DNA from: Chloropicon primus
Lineage: Eukaryota
Assembly: GCA_023205875.1 (NCBI GenBank)
Contig: CP060755.1
Span: 1,674,001-1,738,000, forward strand
DNA length: 64,000 bases
Direction: 5' to 3'
Every line of letters begins with the position of its first letter. Within the stretch, counting starts at the first letter, position 1. Shown one piece after another: positions 62,902 to 64,000 of the stretch. Below the pieces are notes generated by a model that saw only the letters and a list, made by a program, of their open reading frames with translations, was not told the origin of the DNA and did no database searches. The translations under genes were made by a program, and so were the position numbers.

Positions 62902-64000
62902 ATGAATTTCGGGTTTAATAACTTGCTGGGAAGCCCGTACAGGGGGGGGAACGCCTGCTTTGATGGGGATGGGAACGACACGAGTTTGTACGTGGGGGTG
63001 GGGAACAGGGTGGCCAAGACGAACCTAGCGACCACGGTCACCACGGTGCTCAAGTTCGAGGCGGAGAGCGACATCGAGAGGATCGCGTTGAGGCCGGACG
63101 GCCGCGTCCTCGCCGTCGTGGACAAGCTTGCTCGACTGAGCCTTCTGAACACGAGCCAGAACGTGGTCTTGCACAAGCTCACCCTCAAGGGAGAATGCCG
63201 CTGCATGGAGTACAGCCCATGCGGACGCTACCTCGCGGTGGGCGTGGGGAAGGTCCTCCAGGTGTGGGACTGCTCGGTCGACATGAAGAAGACCTTCGCT
63301 CCGCTTAGGCTGCACGTGCAGCACGGAAGCGCTCACGACGACCTCACGACCATCAGCTGGAACTCCGAGGGCACTTACCTGGCCTGCGGAAGCCGTGACC
63401 TGGGGGTCCACGTCTTCTCTCGGGACAAGGTCAAGGGGTTCAAGGGCGCGGTGCTCACTGGGCACAGGGACAACCCGGTGCTGGCGCAGTTCACGTCGAC
63501 CAAGGTGGGGGCGGCGGGATCGGAGGGCTCCAGGCAGGTCCTCTACACGCTCTCCCAGGACGGCAAGCTCATGCGGTGGGCCTTCAAGCCCGACGGAGGC
63601 GGCGAAGGGGACGAGGAAGACCTGTCCCGGGGGAGCTGGATTCTCGCGGGGAAGCACTTCGTGGAGCGGCAGGGGGCGAAGATCACGAGTTGCCACCTTC
63701 ACCCGGTGTCCCAGACCCTGGTGGTCGGGTTCAAGGACGGGCGTTTCGAGCTCTTCCAGATGCCGGACTTCACGTCCATCCAGTCCCTGAGCGTTTCCAG
63801 GGACGCGCTGTCGACCGCGGTGATCAACCCCGCCTCGGACTTGGTCGCCATCGGGTGCGCAAAGCTGGGTCAGCTCCTCGTTTGGAACTGGCAGTCTGAG
63901 AGCTACGTCTTCAAGCAGCAGGGGCACTTTTACGACGTCCTGAGCCTGGACTTCTCCAAGGACGGCAGCCAGGTTGTGACCGGGAGCGCGGACGGAAAGG
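62902..64000 (+). CDS. PWP2: Periodic tryptophan protein 2 (WD40, SSU processome); runs off the window end
   Basis: MNFGFNNLLGSPYRGGN...VGNRV and KLGQLLVWNWQSESYVFKQQGH; absent from the ORF track because it is truncated. Confidence 0.9.
   Translation, partial: MNFGFNNLLGSPYRGGNACFDGDGNDTSLYVGVGNRVAKTNLATTVTTVLKFEAESDIERIALRPDGRVLAVVDKLARLSLLNTSQNVVLHKLTLKGECRCMEYSPCGRYLAVGVGKVLQVWDCSVDMKKTFAPLRLHVQHGSAHDDLTTISWNSEGTYLACGSRDLGVHVFSRDKVKGFKGAVLTGHRDNPVLAQFTSTKVGAAGSEGSRQVLYTLSQDGKLMRWAFKPDGGGEGDEEDLSRGSWILAGKHFVERQGAKITSCHLHPVSQTLVVGFKDGRFELFQMPDFTSIQSLSVSRDALSTAVINPASDLVAIGCAKLGQLLVWNWQSESYVFKQQGHFYDVLSLDFSKDGSQVVTGSADGK

Overview
Gene-dense, GC-rich eukaryotic nuclear DNA with short GT-AG introns, microsatellite-rich UTRs and many plastid-targeted genes. 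This fits a compact-genome marine green picoalga (prasinophyte-like, possibly Chloropicon; this assignment is inference). About 37 host genes are recognisable, including LPAAT, a LUX-like MYB, NHX, a tandem AKR, transferrin, PKA-R, RPL4, DET1, TAF10, CAO, UROD, SART1, STT3, MscS, an RD21-like protease and PWP2. The standout is an intronless 723-aa Fanzor/TnpB-type RNA-guided nuclease gene (27954-30125). It has an intact RuvC D-E-D triad, a zinc finger and a Lys-rich, NLS-like N-terminal extension. It is followed by about 250 nt of densely base-paired non-coding sequence (candidate omegaRNA) and sits in a ~2.67-kb transposase-less element inserted just upstream of a host AKR gene. About 4 kb away is a second unexplained element (23357-23925): a ~375-nt, almost fully helical, inverted-repeat-closed sequence abutting a short Fanzor1-like peptide relic. 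Other notable items are a putative iron-uptake pair (DUF4856-like protein plus single-lobe transferrin), a Rieske-less CAO subunit, an acylated PKA regulatory subunit lacking a D/D domain, and a 904-bp identical internal duplication in an AKR gene. All calls come from reading the sequence by eye; no searches or folding programs were run.
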